A stretch of DNA of 64,000 nucleotides from Candidatus Eiseniibacteriota bacterium (GTDB lineage Bacteria > Eisenbacteria > RBG-16-71-46 > CAIMUX01 > JAHJDP01), in the NCBI GenBank assembly GCA_018831195.1, contig JAHJDP010000032.1, positions 159,094 through 223,093 on the forward strand. Reading direction: 5' to 3'. Made by a program: the position numbers and the translations under genes. Shown one piece after another: positions 38,290 to 48,001 of this stretch (positions are counted from its first letter, which is position 1; every line of letters begins with the position of its first letter). The notes under the pieces were generated by a model. That model was not told the DNA's origin. It saw only the letters and a list, made by a program, of their open reading frames with translations, and did not search any database.

Positions 38290-39258
38290 ATGTCTTGCGG
38301 TAAGGGAATTTTCAAGAGGGCCTACGCCACCATCGGGGTCTTTGATGGGATTCACCGCGGTCATCAACTGATCTTCTATCAGATGCTCCAAAGGGCGCGT
38401 CATAAGGGTGGCCGGTGCGTTCTTGTCACCTTTGATCCTTATCCCGGAGAGATATTTGCGCCCAATAATCCCATCCGCCGCTTGCAGACGGAGGATCAAA
38501 AACGACGCTTTCTCGTCGAGCTGGGTTTCGAGGGGATGCTGGTGGTCGGTTTTTCAAGAGAACTCTCGCAGATGTCCCCGGGCTCGTTCCTGGATGAGAT
38601 TCTGCTGGCCCAGCTCGACCTCGAGGAGTTGTATGTTGGATATGATTTCCGGTTCGGCCGGGATCGCGAGGGGGGCATCGAGGAACTGGAGAGCCTGAGT
38701 CGATCCCGGGGATTTCGGGTATTTCAGGTTCCGGCCCTGGTGGATGAGGGGATGCCGATCAGCAGCTCTCGCATCCGGCAGGCTCTTCTTGCGGGGGATG
38801 TGGCATCCGCCCGGCGATGGCTTGGACGTCCTCACGCCCTGGAAGGCCGGGTTGTCCGGGGAAGAGGAGAAGGCACCCGGCTTCTCTTTCCGACGGCGAA
38901 TTTGGAGCTGGATCCGAGGATCCTTCTCCCGAAGGATGGTGTCTATGTTGTTCAGGTAGAGGTGGAAACACAAGTGCGGGGCGGTGTTATGAACATTGGG
39001 CGCCGCCCGACCCTTACCAAATCCACGTTCTCGAATGTCGAGGTTCACCTTTTTGATTGGAATTTGGATTTGGTCGGAAAAACACTTCAAGTCCACATTT
39101 TGACCCGGATTAGGTCTGAAAAGCGATTCCGGTCGGTGGAGGCCCTGAAGAAAGCGATTCAGGATGATATGTCCCAGGCCCGCGCAGCTCTCTCCCGAAT
39201 GGGTGAGAATACAATAAGTGAAGGCGATGGGGTTGAACAGCTAAGGAGCGTGTGCTAA
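38290..39258 (+). CDS. ribF: bifunctional riboflavin kinase / FAD synthetase
   Basis: GVFDGIHRGHQ is the FAD synthetase motif, and the C-terminal riboflavin kinase part has PTANL…GVY. ATG at 38290 follows GGGGAGAGGG. Confidence 0.85.
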   Translation: MSCGKGIFKRAYATIGVFDGIHRGHQLIFYQMLQRARHKGGRCVLVTFDPYPGEIFAPNNPIRRLQTEDQKRRFLVELGFEGMLVVGFSRELSQMSPGSFLDEILLAQLDLEELYVGYDFRFGRDREGGIEELESLSRSRGFRVFQVPALVDEGMPISSSRIRQALLAGDVASARRWLGRPHALEGRVVRGRGEGTRLLFPTANLELDPRILLPKDGVYVVQVEVETQVRGGVMNIGRRPTLTKSTFSNVEVHLFDWNLDLVGKTLQVHILTRIRSEKRFRSVEALKKAIQDDMSQARAALSRMGENTISEGDGVEQLRSVC

Positions 39259-39329
39259 GTTGGGTTTTCTATGGTCAAGAAACAAAGAAGCCCGCGCACA
39301 TTTAGAGCGTTATCGGGAGGCTTAAAGGG

Positions 39330-39599
39330 ATGGCGCTGACGAAGGTTAAGAAGCAAGAAATCATCGAAAGATATAAACTGCACGAACTGGATTCGGGCTC
39401 ACCCGAAGTACAGATCGCGTTGTTGACGGAGAAGATCCGATACCTCACAGAGCATTTCCGCGTGCACAAAACTGATCACCATTCAAGAAGAGGCCTTTTG
39501 CGAATGGTCGGGCAGCGGCGTCGACTTCTGGATTATCTAAAGAGTACAGAAGTCGATCGTTACCGTAGCATTGTGAAGGAACTCGGCCTCCGCCGGTAG
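39330..39599 (+). CDS. rpsO: 30S ribosomal protein S15
   Basis: 89 aa. …[14 protein letters not shown]…[19 protein letters not shown]… is canonical S15. Confidence 0.9.
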   Translation: MALTKVKKQEIIERYKLHELDSGSPEVQIALLTEKIRYLTEHFRVHKTDHHSRRGLLRMVGQRRRLLDYLKSTEVDRYRSIVKELGLRR

Positions 39600-39677
39600 C
39601 TTTCTGATCCCCTTGAAAAGATCCATCGCGCAAGGAATTATTTTCCCAAGGAACCGGCGCGTAAACTGGAGGAATCT

Positions 39678-41774
39678 ATGAGTGAGATTCATCAGGTCGA
39701 GCGGACTATAGGCGGTCGACCCCTAAAAATCGAAGTAGGACGTGTGGCACGTCAAGCCGGCGGCTCCGCATGGGTTCAATATGGTGAGACCGTTGTATTC
39801 GCCGCCGCTGTGGCGGATCCGGAATCGAATTTAGAGCGAGATTTTCTACCATTAACGGTTGATTACCGTGAGAAATCTTACGCCGCTGGGAAGATCCCCG
39901 GCGGTTTTTTTAAGCGCGAAGGAAGGCCGACTGAGAAGGAGACCTTGAGTTGTCGCATCATCGATCGCTCTATCAGACCGTTGTTTGACAAAAATATCCG
40001 GTTTGAGATGCAAGTCTCCGCTCATGTCCTCTCTTCCGATAAACTAAACGAATCGGATACCCTCGCCTTGATCGCCACGGCGACCGCATTGAACATTTCC
40101 GATATTCCTTTCCCCGAACCGGTTGCCGCCGTTCGTGTCGGTATGATCGGTGAGGAAATGATCTTGAATCCCACTTTTCCAGAAGCGGATAACTGCCGGA
40201 TGAATCTGGTGGTTGCCGGCACGGCGACAGAAATCGTTATGGTCGAGGGCGAGGCCCGCGAGGTCTCAGAAGCGGAAGTCCTTGAGGCGCTGAAATTCGC
40301 CATGACCGCCATTCAAGAAATCGTCGCGATGCAGGCTGAGCTCGTTGAAAAGTGCGGCAAGGCGAAAAGGCCGATCGAGGTTGTTGAAACCCCGGCCGAC
40401 ATCGAAGAGAAAACCCGGGCCCTGACTATCGCGAAGATGGATGAAGCTCTCAAGGTGACCGGCAAGGATGCCCGCCGCGAGGCGATTAATCTCTTGAAGG
40501 AAGAGGTTAAACAAAAACTCCTTGAGGAGTTTCCAGAGGGAGAAAGAGATATTTCCTGCGTCTTCCATGCGATCGAGAAGGAACGCCTGCGCTCCATGAT
40601 TATTAAGGACCGGCGCCGGGTTGATGGCAGGGGGCTCGATGAGGTTCGCCCGATCACTTGCGAAATCGGTGTTCTCCCGAGAACGCATGGCAGCGCACTC
40701 TTTACGCGGGGTGAGACGCAAGCTTTGGTCGTGACCTCCCTTGGAACATCATCAGATGAGCAGAAGATTGAGGATTTTGGCGGGGAGCACTGGAAGACGT
40801 TTATGCTCCATTATAATTTCCCCTCCTTCAGTGTCGGTGAAGTCCGCCCGATTCGCGGACCGGGTCGCCGGGAGATTGGGCACGGCGCCCTGGCCGAAAA
40901 ATCCCTTCTGGCCGTTATCCCCAGTAATGAAACCTTCCCGTACACGATCCGGATTGTGTCGGACATCATGGAATCGAACGGCTCCTCATCGATGGCTTCG
41001 GTATGCGGAGGAAGTCTTTCTCTCATGGACGCCGGTGTGCCGATCCAGTCCTCGGTCAGCGGCATCGCCATGGGCCTGATTAAGGAAGGCGACGATATCG
41101 CCATCCTCACCGATATCCTCGGTATGGAAGACCACCTGGGCGATATGGATTTCAAGGTTGCCGGGACGAAGAAGGGGATTACGGGAATTCAGATGGATAT
41201 AAAGCTCGGGGGATTGGATTTTGGTATCCTGAGCGAAGCGTTGGACAAAGCCCGTGCCGGCCGCACCCATATCCTTGGGATCATGGACAAGGCGATGTCC
41301 GGGGCCCGCTCCGACCTGTCGCCCTTCGCACCAAGAATCAATGTCCTCGAAGTTAATCCTGAAAAAATCCGGGATATCATCGGCCCCGGAGGCCGTACCA
41401 TAAAGAGAATCACTGAGGAGACGGGCGCCACCATTGATATTGATGACAGCGGCAAGGTGAAGATAGCCTGTACCGACGCAGAGGGCGGGGCTCGGGCGAT
41501 CGAGATGGTTCGCAGCCTGACGGAAGACCCTGAAGTCGGCCGCATTTATAACGGCCGGGTCCGGTCCATCATGAATTTCGGCGCTTTCGTGGAGATCCTT
41601 CCCGGGCGTGACGGCCTTGTTCACATTAGTGAGCTGGATCACAAACGGGTCAATAAAGTCGAAGATGTCTTGAAAATTGGAGACATGGTCCTCGTAAAGT
41701 GTATAGGGGTAGATGATGAGGGCAAGGTTCGTCTAAGCCGCAAGCAGGCGCTGGAGCCGACGAACGCCGGGTAG
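39678..41774 (+). CDS. pnp: polynucleotide phosphorylase
   Basis: 698 aa with two RNase PH domains, a KH domain and an S1 domain (…GRVRSIMNFGAFVEI…). Confidence 0.9.
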   Translation: MSEIHQVERTIGGRPLKIEVGRVARQAGGSAWVQYGETVVFAAAVADPESNLERDFLPLTVDYREKSYAAGKIPGGFFKREGRPTEKETLSCRIIDRSIRPLFDKNIRFEMQVSAHVLSSDKLNESDTLALIATATALNISDIPFPEPVAAVRVGMIGEEMILNPTFPEADNCRMNLVVAGTATEIVMVEGEAREVSEAEVLEALKFAMTAIQEIVAMQAELVEKCGKAKRPIEVVETPADIEEKTRALTIAKMDEALKVTGKDARREAINLLKEEVKQKLLEEFPEGERDISCVFHAIEKERLRSMIIKDRRRVDGRGLDEVRPITCEIGVLPRTHGSALFTRGETQALVVTSLGTSSDEQKIEDFGGEHWKTFMLHYNFPSFSVGEVRPIRGPGRREIGHGALAEKSLLAVIPSNETFPYTIRIVSDIMESNGSSSMASVCGGSLSLMDAGVPIQSSVSGIAMGLIKEGDDIAILTDILGMEDHLGDMDFKVAGTKKGITGIQMDIKLGGLDFGILSEALDKARAGRTHILGIMDKAMSGARSDLSPFAPRINVLEVNPEKIRDIIGPGGRTIKRITEETGATIDIDDSGKVKIACTDAEGGARAIEMVRSLTEDPEVGRIYNGRVRSIMNFGAFVEILPGRDGLVHISELDHKRVNKVEDVLKIGDMVLVKCIGVDDEGKVRLSRKQALEPTNAG

Positions 41775-41860
41775 AACCCGGGAAGAGCCTTTACCTGAGA
41801 GGGTTAGTGGGCTCCCCTGGAGCCTGTTGGCTCTCTTTCTACATTTTGGAGGACTCATAT

Positions 41861-43135
41861 ATGGCTCTCCAAGAGCCCAGAATCGCCCGGCGGGTTATGC
41901 CCGGCGGTTTAACGATTGTGGCCGAGCAGGTCCCCGCCAGCCGTTCTGTTGCTCTCGGGGTCTGGATTCGGTGCGGCTCCCGTCATGAAGCCTCCTCCAG
42001 CGCCGGATTAACCCACTTTCTCGAACATATGCTTTTTCGAGGATCGCGCGCGCACACATCCTTGGCCTTGGCCAAAGCAATGGAACGAATCGGTGGGCAG
42101 GTCGATGCCTGTACAGGCAAGGAATCGACCGCAGTCTATGCGAGAATCCAACCCGAAAATCTCCGAAGAACCCTCTTACTGCTCGCCGAGCTCGTGGCCT
42201 ATCCCAGCCTCGAACCCAATATGGTGGAAGTGGAGAAGAGGGTCGTCTTGGAGGAAATCCGCAGCTATGAGGATGATCCGGAGGAAGGTGTTCACGATCT
42301 GATGGCGACCCTTCTCTGGCCCGATCACCCCATGGGACGGCCTATTCTTGGGTATGAGCGCACCGTCCGTTCCTTTCAAAGTGAGCCGATCCGTCGTTTC
42401 CATGAGATGCGCTATCGGGGGTCGAATACCATCATCGTGGCGGCCGGGGACTTGAATCCTGAAAAATTTCTCGACATGACCTCAGAAGTATTCCCTCTGC
42501 CGCCGGGTGGAGGGCGGGGCCGGGAGATCCAACTAACGAAAATCCGACGGGGATCCCTTCATGCGACCCATTCACTAAGCCAAACCCACATTTCCCTGGC
42601 GGCCCGAGGACCCTCGTATAGCGATCGGCGCCGGTATCCTATCTATCTTTTGAATCTCATCCTCGGCGCTGGTAGTTCCTCCCGTCTCTTCCAGAGGATC
42701 CGGGAGCGGGAGGGTCTGGCCTATGGGATCCAATCCTATGTTGATTCCTTTGAGGATACAGGCGCCTTTGGGATCTATCTTTCTGTCGATCCACGAAACT
42801 TGAACCGCTCTTTTCGGTTGTTAATGAAGGAGCTGGGCAAGCTCCGCCGTGAAGGTGTCAAGAGGTGGGAACTGTCGAATGCCAAGGAACAAATGATTTT
42901 AGTGCACCTTCTTTCACAGGAGAGTATAGCGGATCGCATGAGTCGGTTGGCGCTCAAAGAGTTACTCTATCAAGGCCAGCCGCGTGACGGCAAAGTTGTT
43001 GAGAAGATTCGATCCATCACCGTGGATGAGGTCAATCAGGTCGCGGAGCAGATTCTGAATCCAGCGAGGTTCTGCCTCGTGACCCGCGGTCCTCAGGATG
43101 GAAATGGTATCAGAATCGATGATGTCGATTTTTAA
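41861..43135 (+). CDS. M16-family (insulinase-like) zinc peptidase
   Basis: HFLEHMLFRGS is the inverted zinc motif HxxEH. ATG at 41861 follows TTGGAGGAC. Confidence 0.8.
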   Translation: MALQEPRIARRVMPGGLTIVAEQVPASRSVALGVWIRCGSRHEASSSAGLTHFLEHMLFRGSRAHTSLALAKAMERIGGQVDACTGKESTAVYARIQPENLRRTLLLLAELVAYPSLEPNMVEVEKRVVLEEIRSYEDDPEEGVHDLMATLLWPDHPMGRPILGYERTVRSFQSEPIRRFHEMRYRGSNTIIVAAGDLNPEKFLDMTSEVFPLPPGGGRGREIQLTKIRRGSLHATHSLSQTHISLAARGPSYSDRRRYPIYLLNLILGAGSSSRLFQRIREREGLAYGIQSYVDSFEDTGAFGIYLSVDPRNLNRSFRLLMKELGKLRREGVKRWELSNAKEQMILVHLLSQESIADRMSRLALKELLYQGQPRDGKVVEKIRSITVDEVNQVAEQILNPARFCLVTRGPQDGNGIRIDDVDF

Positions 43136-43155
43136 GTCGGTTCACGAGGAGATCG

Positions 43156-43641
43156 ATGGCCAAGATGCCGAATAGTATTCGTATCGCGGTACAGCGTCTT
43201 TCGCCGAGGGCCCAGTTGCCGCGGCGTCAAACAGCGGGCGCCTCGGGCTGGGACTTGCATGCCTGCCTTGAAGAGGATCAGGTCATCCAACCTGGGGCGA
43301 GAGCAGCAATACCATCGGGGATTGCCGTCGCCGTGCCCGAGGGATATGAGCTTCAAATCCGGCCGCGGAGTGGGTTGGCTTGGCGCCAAGGGGTGACCAT
43401 TGTCAATACACCGGGAACAATCGATGCGGATTATCGAGGAGAGATAAAAATTCTCCTGGTGAATCTGGGAAGTGAGCCTTTCAGGGTTCGCCATGGGGAT
43501 CGTGTCGGACAGATGATCCTTTCATCGGTGCCGGCGGGAATATTGGAAGAAGTGGAAGAGCTGAGTGCAACAGAGAGAGGCGCCGGAGGATTCGGCCATA
43601 CGGGTCTTGGGGATGGCGAAATAAAACCGACACTTTCCTGA
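43156..43641 (+). CDS. dut: dUTP diphosphatase
   Basis: AGASGWDL…RSGLA…GTIDADYRGE…RVGQMI are the dUTPase motifs. Confidence 0.9.
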   Translation: MAKMPNSIRIAVQRLSPRAQLPRRQTAGASGWDLHACLEEDQVIQPGARAAIPSGIAVAVPEGYELQIRPRSGLAWRQGVTIVNTPGTIDADYRGEIKILLVNLGSEPFRVRHGDRVGQMILSSVPAGILEEVEELSATERGAGGFGHTGLGDGEIKPTLS

Positions 43642-43650
43642 GGATGAAAG

Positions 43651-44562
43651 ATGATCCTTCGCGGCCCGGATAATTCTTTTCTCTCCGGTTTGTTCATCCG
43701 GGGATTTCTCCTGGCCCTTCTTATCATGCTGATGGCCCAACCCAGCGCCACCTCCGAAATCGATCCGCTGGAGAGCTCAATCGACTCTCCGGAAACATTT
43801 CTACCCGAATCCGAGATCGGGAACATCCGCATCCGTTCATTTGAAGATCGATATCTCAGGCAGGTACGTGAAGAAACGCCCCTGCGGGAGACCGCCCTCG
43901 TGTCGGGTGAAAAGCTGGTTTTCTCCGTGCGATTTGGTCCCTTGCGTGCGGGAGAAGCGACACTGGAATTCTCTGAAGCGCTCGATCAACGCAACCGGCC
44001 TGTTTATCGGATTCAAAGCCGCGCCCAATCGAATTCCTTTGTCAGTTCCTTTTACCGCGTCGATGACCATATTGAATCCCTCATCGATAGGGACTATCTC
44101 ACTCCGGTTCATTTCGAGAAGCACCTCAGGGAGGGAAAATACGAATCGGACCGGGTTGTCAAAATGGATCAGGACAACCATTTCGCGATCTATGAAGGGG
44201 GCGAAATCTATGAAATGCCCCCGCGCGCGCATGATGTTCTCAGCGCTTTCTACTATGTCCGGGCTATGAAAATGGCCGTCGGCGATACCCTTCGACTCAG
44301 CAGCCATTCCGATAAGAAAAATTATCCAATTGATGTTATTGTCCATCGCAAAGAGAAAGTGAAAGTGCCCGCAGGTGAATTTAATTGTTTTGTTATCGAA
44401 CCAAAGGTCTCATCCTCAGCTTTGTTCAACAGTAAGGGGAAATTGTGGATCTGGATCACTGACGATGAACGCCGGATCCCGGTCCTGATGAAGAGTGAGA
44501 TCCCCGTCGGATCGATCGATGCCGTTCTGACCCGGCTCGAAGGGAGACCGGATCGCAATTAA
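43651..44562 (+). CDS. hypothetical secreted protein, possibly DUF3108-like
   Basis: N-terminal signal or TM segment, and beta-rich content. No catalytic motif recognised; the family name is tentative. Confidence 0.4.
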   Translation: MILRGPDNSFLSGLFIRGFLLALLIMLMAQPSATSEIDPLESSIDSPETFLPESEIGNIRIRSFEDRYLRQVREETPLRETALVSGEKLVFSVRFGPLRAGEATLEFSEALDQRNRPVYRIQSRAQSNSFVSSFYRVDDHIESLIDRDYLTPVHFEKHLREGKYESDRVVKMDQDNHFAIYEGGEIYEMPPRAHDVLSAFYYVRAMKMAVGDTLRLSSHSDKKNYPIDVIVHRKEKVKVPAGEFNCFVIEPKVSSSALFNSKGKLWIWITDDERRIPVLMKSEIPVGSIDAVLTRLEGRPDRN

Positions 44563-44588
44563 TTGGGACCAAACAAGGATGTTGAATT

Positions 44589-45557
44589 ATGTCCCGATAC
44601 TCCGAAATTGATCTCAGCGGCATCCGCCGCCGATCCATCGAAGGGCACGCTCGGATTGTGGCCCAGGAAATGTCCAGCCATCCGCCGGTCGATCCCGACT
44701 CCTTTTCCCAATTCTGGGATGGTTTGCCTGATATCCTGGCCGCCCGTGACTTGAAACAATTGGCGAGCCGGCTTGTCGATGCGAGGTTGGAGGCCCGGCC
44801 TGTTTTGCTCTTCATGGGCGCCCATCTTATTAAAACGGGACTGACACCCCTCCTGGTCCGTCTCATGGACGAAGGTCTGCTGACCTCAATCGCCAGCCAT
44901 GGAGCCGGTCTGGTCCATGATCTGGAGTTGACTCTCTTCGGGCGGACTTCAGAGGATGTGGGCGAGGGTCTTGAGACGGGTGATTTCGGTATGGATCTGG
45001 AAACCTCATCCTTCATAAATAATTGGACCCGCGAGGCAGCGGCGGCCGGTGAGGGGTTGGGGGAGGGGTTGGGCCGCCGGATTCTGGAAGAGGCGGAACG
45101 ACGAGGTCTGGATCCCGATGCTGGGTGGCTCTCCGCGGCTTACAGACGGGGGATTCCAGCCACCATTCATGGATCGATTGGTACCGACATTTATCAGCAG
45201 CACCCGGAATTCAATGGCGCCTCCTTTGGTGAAACATCCACAAGGGATTTTCGGATCCTGGCGCATCAGGTTTCTCTGGCTGAGGGAGGTGTTATCCTGA
45301 ACTGGGGAAGCGCTGTCATCCTGCCAGAGGTCTTCCTGAAGGCGCTCTCCGTCGCCCGGAATCTCGGGCATCCTGTGACGGATCTGACCACGGCGGTCTT
45401 TGACTTTATGAAGCATTACCGCCCCGCGGAGAATGTTGTCCGGCGGCCGACGCAGGCTTCGGGCTGGGGAACCTATATCGTGGGGCATCATGAGATTATG
45501 ATCCCCCTATTCGTGCAAGGTCTCCTTCTTGAGCTGAAGCGACGCCAGGAGCGGTAA
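44589..45557 (+). CDS. deoxyhypusine-synthase-like (DHS-fold) protein of unknown function
   Basis: LLFMGAHLIKTGLTPLLVRLMDEGLLTSIASHGAGLVHDLE aligns with the DHS NAD-binding segment (LGYTSNLISSGIRE…VLVTTAGGVEEDL). IHGSIGTDIY resembles …ALTDGSLGDMIF, and ILNWGSAV resembles ILGGGVVK. The catalytic Lys of eukaryotic DHS is not conserved. Confidence 0.5.
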   Translation: MSRYSEIDLSGIRRRSIEGHARIVAQEMSSHPPVDPDSFSQFWDGLPDILAARDLKQLASRLVDARLEARPVLLFMGAHLIKTGLTPLLVRLMDEGLLTSIASHGAGLVHDLELTLFGRTSEDVGEGLETGDFGMDLETSSFINNWTREAAAAGEGLGEGLGRRILEEAERRGLDPDAGWLSAAYRRGIPATIHGSIGTDIYQQHPEFNGASFGETSTRDFRILAHQVSLAEGGVILNWGSAVILPEVFLKALSVARNLGHPVTDLTTAVFDFMKHYRPAENVVRRPTQASGWGTYIVGHHEIMIPLFVQGLLLELKRRQER

Positions 45558-45726
45558 CTATATGAAACCTGAAGATCTTGCGGTCTTTTGACGATCTACG
45601 AGTTAGAGGAAAACCCAGGAGGCGCGTTGAACCTTCCATTGACCATGCCGCCATGGGATGCTAGCGTATTGCGTTGCAACGATGTGGGCGGTGGACTCCA
45701 AATGGGAACTCCTGTAACGCAAGAAA

Positions 45727-46530
45727 ATGAGGGGCGCGATGCCGTGGCATGACCTGTTTGGCTCAGGGCGCTTTCCGTCGGCGCAATGGATGTTGGGTCT
45801 TCTCGTCATCCTGATCCCAATTTTAACAAGTTGTGGTGGCGGAACAGACATCCCGCCGCCGGGGTTGAATGTTCAGATTCCGGATGAGGGATCTGGTGCA
45901 CCGCCTTCATATTTCAGTGACTATGTTCTTCAGGCGGATGATGAGATCACTGTCAGAGTCCTGGCCAACCCTGAAATGAATGCAACGGTACCGATCCGTC
46001 CTGATGGAACGGTATCGATTCCCGGCGCTGGAGTGATCAATGCGGGGGGTATGACCCCGTCCCAATTGGCCGATGTCATTGAGACCCGTCTTGGACAGCT
46101 CATCCGCCAACCGCAGGTGGATGTTCTCGTAACGGAGTTACGACCGCGGGGGATCTATGTGATGGGTGAAGTTGAGGCGCCGGGAGAGAGGGTTTATCGG
46201 CCGGGGATGTCCGTTCTGCAGGCCTTGGGCGCCGCAGGCGGCGCCTTGAGAAGCGGCAAGCTTTCGAGTGTTCTGCTGATGCGCCGGGTGGGTCCTGAAG
46301 ATGTCGAAGTCCGGCGGGTTGATATCGAAGCCATCTTCGAACGCACGGAAGGGGCCGTCGATCCACTGTTGGCGCCGAACGATATCGTGTTTGTCCCAAA
46401 GACCTGGATCTCCCGCTGGGGGCAATTCGTCGACGAGTATATAAGACCGACGATTCAACCATTTGCGCTCTATGTTCAAGCCTGGTGGGCTATGAATCTA
46501 ACGAGCGACAGCGTCAACGTGACATTCTAA
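45727..46530 (+). CDS. polysaccharide export lipoprotein (Wza/GumB/EpsE-like; Poly_export plus SLBB domain)
   Basis: Lipobox (ILTSCGG). DYVLQADDEITVRV…PDGTVSIPGAGVINAGGMTPSQLADVIETRL…IYVMGEV is typical of the polysaccharide export N-terminal domain. Confidence 0.75.
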   Translation: MRGAMPWHDLFGSGRFPSAQWMLGLLVILIPILTSCGGGTDIPPPGLNVQIPDEGSGAPPSYFSDYVLQADDEITVRVLANPEMNATVPIRPDGTVSIPGAGVINAGGMTPSQLADVIETRLGQLIRQPQVDVLVTELRPRGIYVMGEVEAPGERVYRPGMSVLQALGAAGGALRSGKLSSVLLMRRVGPEDVEVRRVDIEAIFERTEGAVDPLLAPNDIVFVPKTWISRWGQFVDEYIRPTIQPFALYVQAWWAMNLTSDSVNVTF

Positions 46531-46576
46531 CAGTCTGGGGCGAACAAGATGAAGCCTATGGGATGAGGACAGCTTC

Positions 46577-47998
46577 GTGACACCACAGCAACTGGAACAT
46601 GAGAGCGAAACTAACGGCTACGATGAACCGCCCGAACCTGTAGAACGCCGGCGGACCTCGATGCGTGATTTCATCTCGGTGATTTTCCGCCGGAAGGGAA
46701 TCGTTATCGTCATTATAGTGATCGCCATTATCGCTGTATTGATTCTGAACGCCACATCACCCACGACTTTCCAATCGCATTCATCCCTGCTTGTCAGCCG
46801 CGGACATCCACAGTCGGTCTTTTCCACCGGTTACCAGATTCTTTCGTGGGAAGAAGAGTTGAATTCAGAAGTGGAAATTATAAAGAGCCAGCAAATTCAC
46901 CAATTGGCTCAGGACTATATTGAGGATTGGGGATTACGAAAAAACAACGGTGAGCCAATAAAGATCGATCCCCTCCAGATCCGTGCGACCACACCCGGCA
47001 AGAGCAGCGTTATTAATATCGCCTATAGATCGCATGCCCAGGAAGAAACGCAGCATGTCGCGCAGGCCCTGGCACAGGCCTATATTGATTTTAGGCATCA
47101 GACCCGCGGGGGACCGGAGGTTGAATCCTATTTCCAGCAGCAGCTCGAACAATTAGAGGATCGCCTCGGTGACTGGGAACAACGCCGGGCCGATTATATG
47201 ACCGAAGAAGCGGTGACGTCTCCCAAAGACGAGAGGTATTTCCTTCTCCAGGAACGTAGAGACGCCCAGGCCGAATTGGCTCGGATTCAGTCAAACATTA
47301 CGGAACGGCAGGCCCAGATTGAATCGATACGCCGGCTCCAGGAGGAGCGGCGGAATCAACCTGATCTGCAGATTATGCCTTTCTCGAATCCTACGACCAA
47401 CGAAGAATCGATCCTGGATATGCTCATGAAGGAGCTGACACTCCGCCGGAGTGAATATTATTCATCTGCCGCACGCTATACGGAAAACCATCCGGATGTT
47501 CAAAATAAGCGGCGGCATGTCCTTGAACTCGAGTCAGCTCTAGACAGGGAGCTTAATAATTATCTGCGGCATCTCGAGGCGCGAATCGAGGTCATGCTCG
47601 CCCAAGAGGCGAATCAAACTCAGGTTCTTGAAGCCTTGTCGGCGGAGTTGGCCGAGATTCCATCGAAGGAGATGCGTTTGGGGCAGATTGATCGCGTACT
47701 CGCTGCGATGACGACGCAATACAATGCCCTTGTACAAAGTAGTGTTGATGCAAGAATCAAGAAGACAGGATCAGCCGATTGGAACGTCATTCTTCTCACG
47801 CCGGCTTCTGAATCGATTCCGATCCTCGTGACCGACTATGTCCGTCTGGCGATTCTCCCGCTTTTTAGTATTATCCTTGGAATCGGGATGGCTTTCCTCG
47901 TGGACGGGCTGGATCACTCGATTAAGGATGCGGGAGACGTGGAGGCCTATATCGGTCTTCCCGTGCTTGCATCGGTGAGCCCGTTCGGGGGCCGGTAA
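46577..47998 (+). CDS. polysaccharide copolymerase / chain-length determinant (Wzz/GumC-like, no kinase domain)
   Basis: An N-terminal TM helix (IVIVIIVIAIIAVLIL) and a C-terminal TM helix (LAILPLFSIILGIGMAFLV) flank a long coiled-coil periplasmic domain. GTG start. Confidence 0.7.
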   Translation: MTPQQLEHESETNGYDEPPEPVERRRTSMRDFISVIFRRKGIVIVIIVIAIIAVLILNATSPTTFQSHSSLLVSRGHPQSVFSTGYQILSWEEELNSEVEIIKSQQIHQLAQDYIEDWGLRKNNGEPIKIDPLQIRATTPGKSSVINIAYRSHAQEETQHVAQALAQAYIDFRHQTRGGPEVESYFQQQLEQLEDRLGDWEQRRADYMTEEAVTSPKDERYFLLQERRDAQAELARIQSNITERQAQIESIRRLQEERRNQPDLQIMPFSNPTTNEESILDMLMKELTLRRSEYYSSAARYTENHPDVQNKRRHVLELESALDRELNNYLRHLEARIEVMLAQEANQTQVLEALSAELAEIPSKEMRLGQIDRVLAAMTTQYNALVQSSVDARIKKTGSADWNVILLTPASESIPILVTDYVRLAILPLFSIILGIGMAFLVDGLDHSIKDAGDVEAYIGLPVLASVSPFGGR

Positions 47999-48001
47999 AC
48001 C

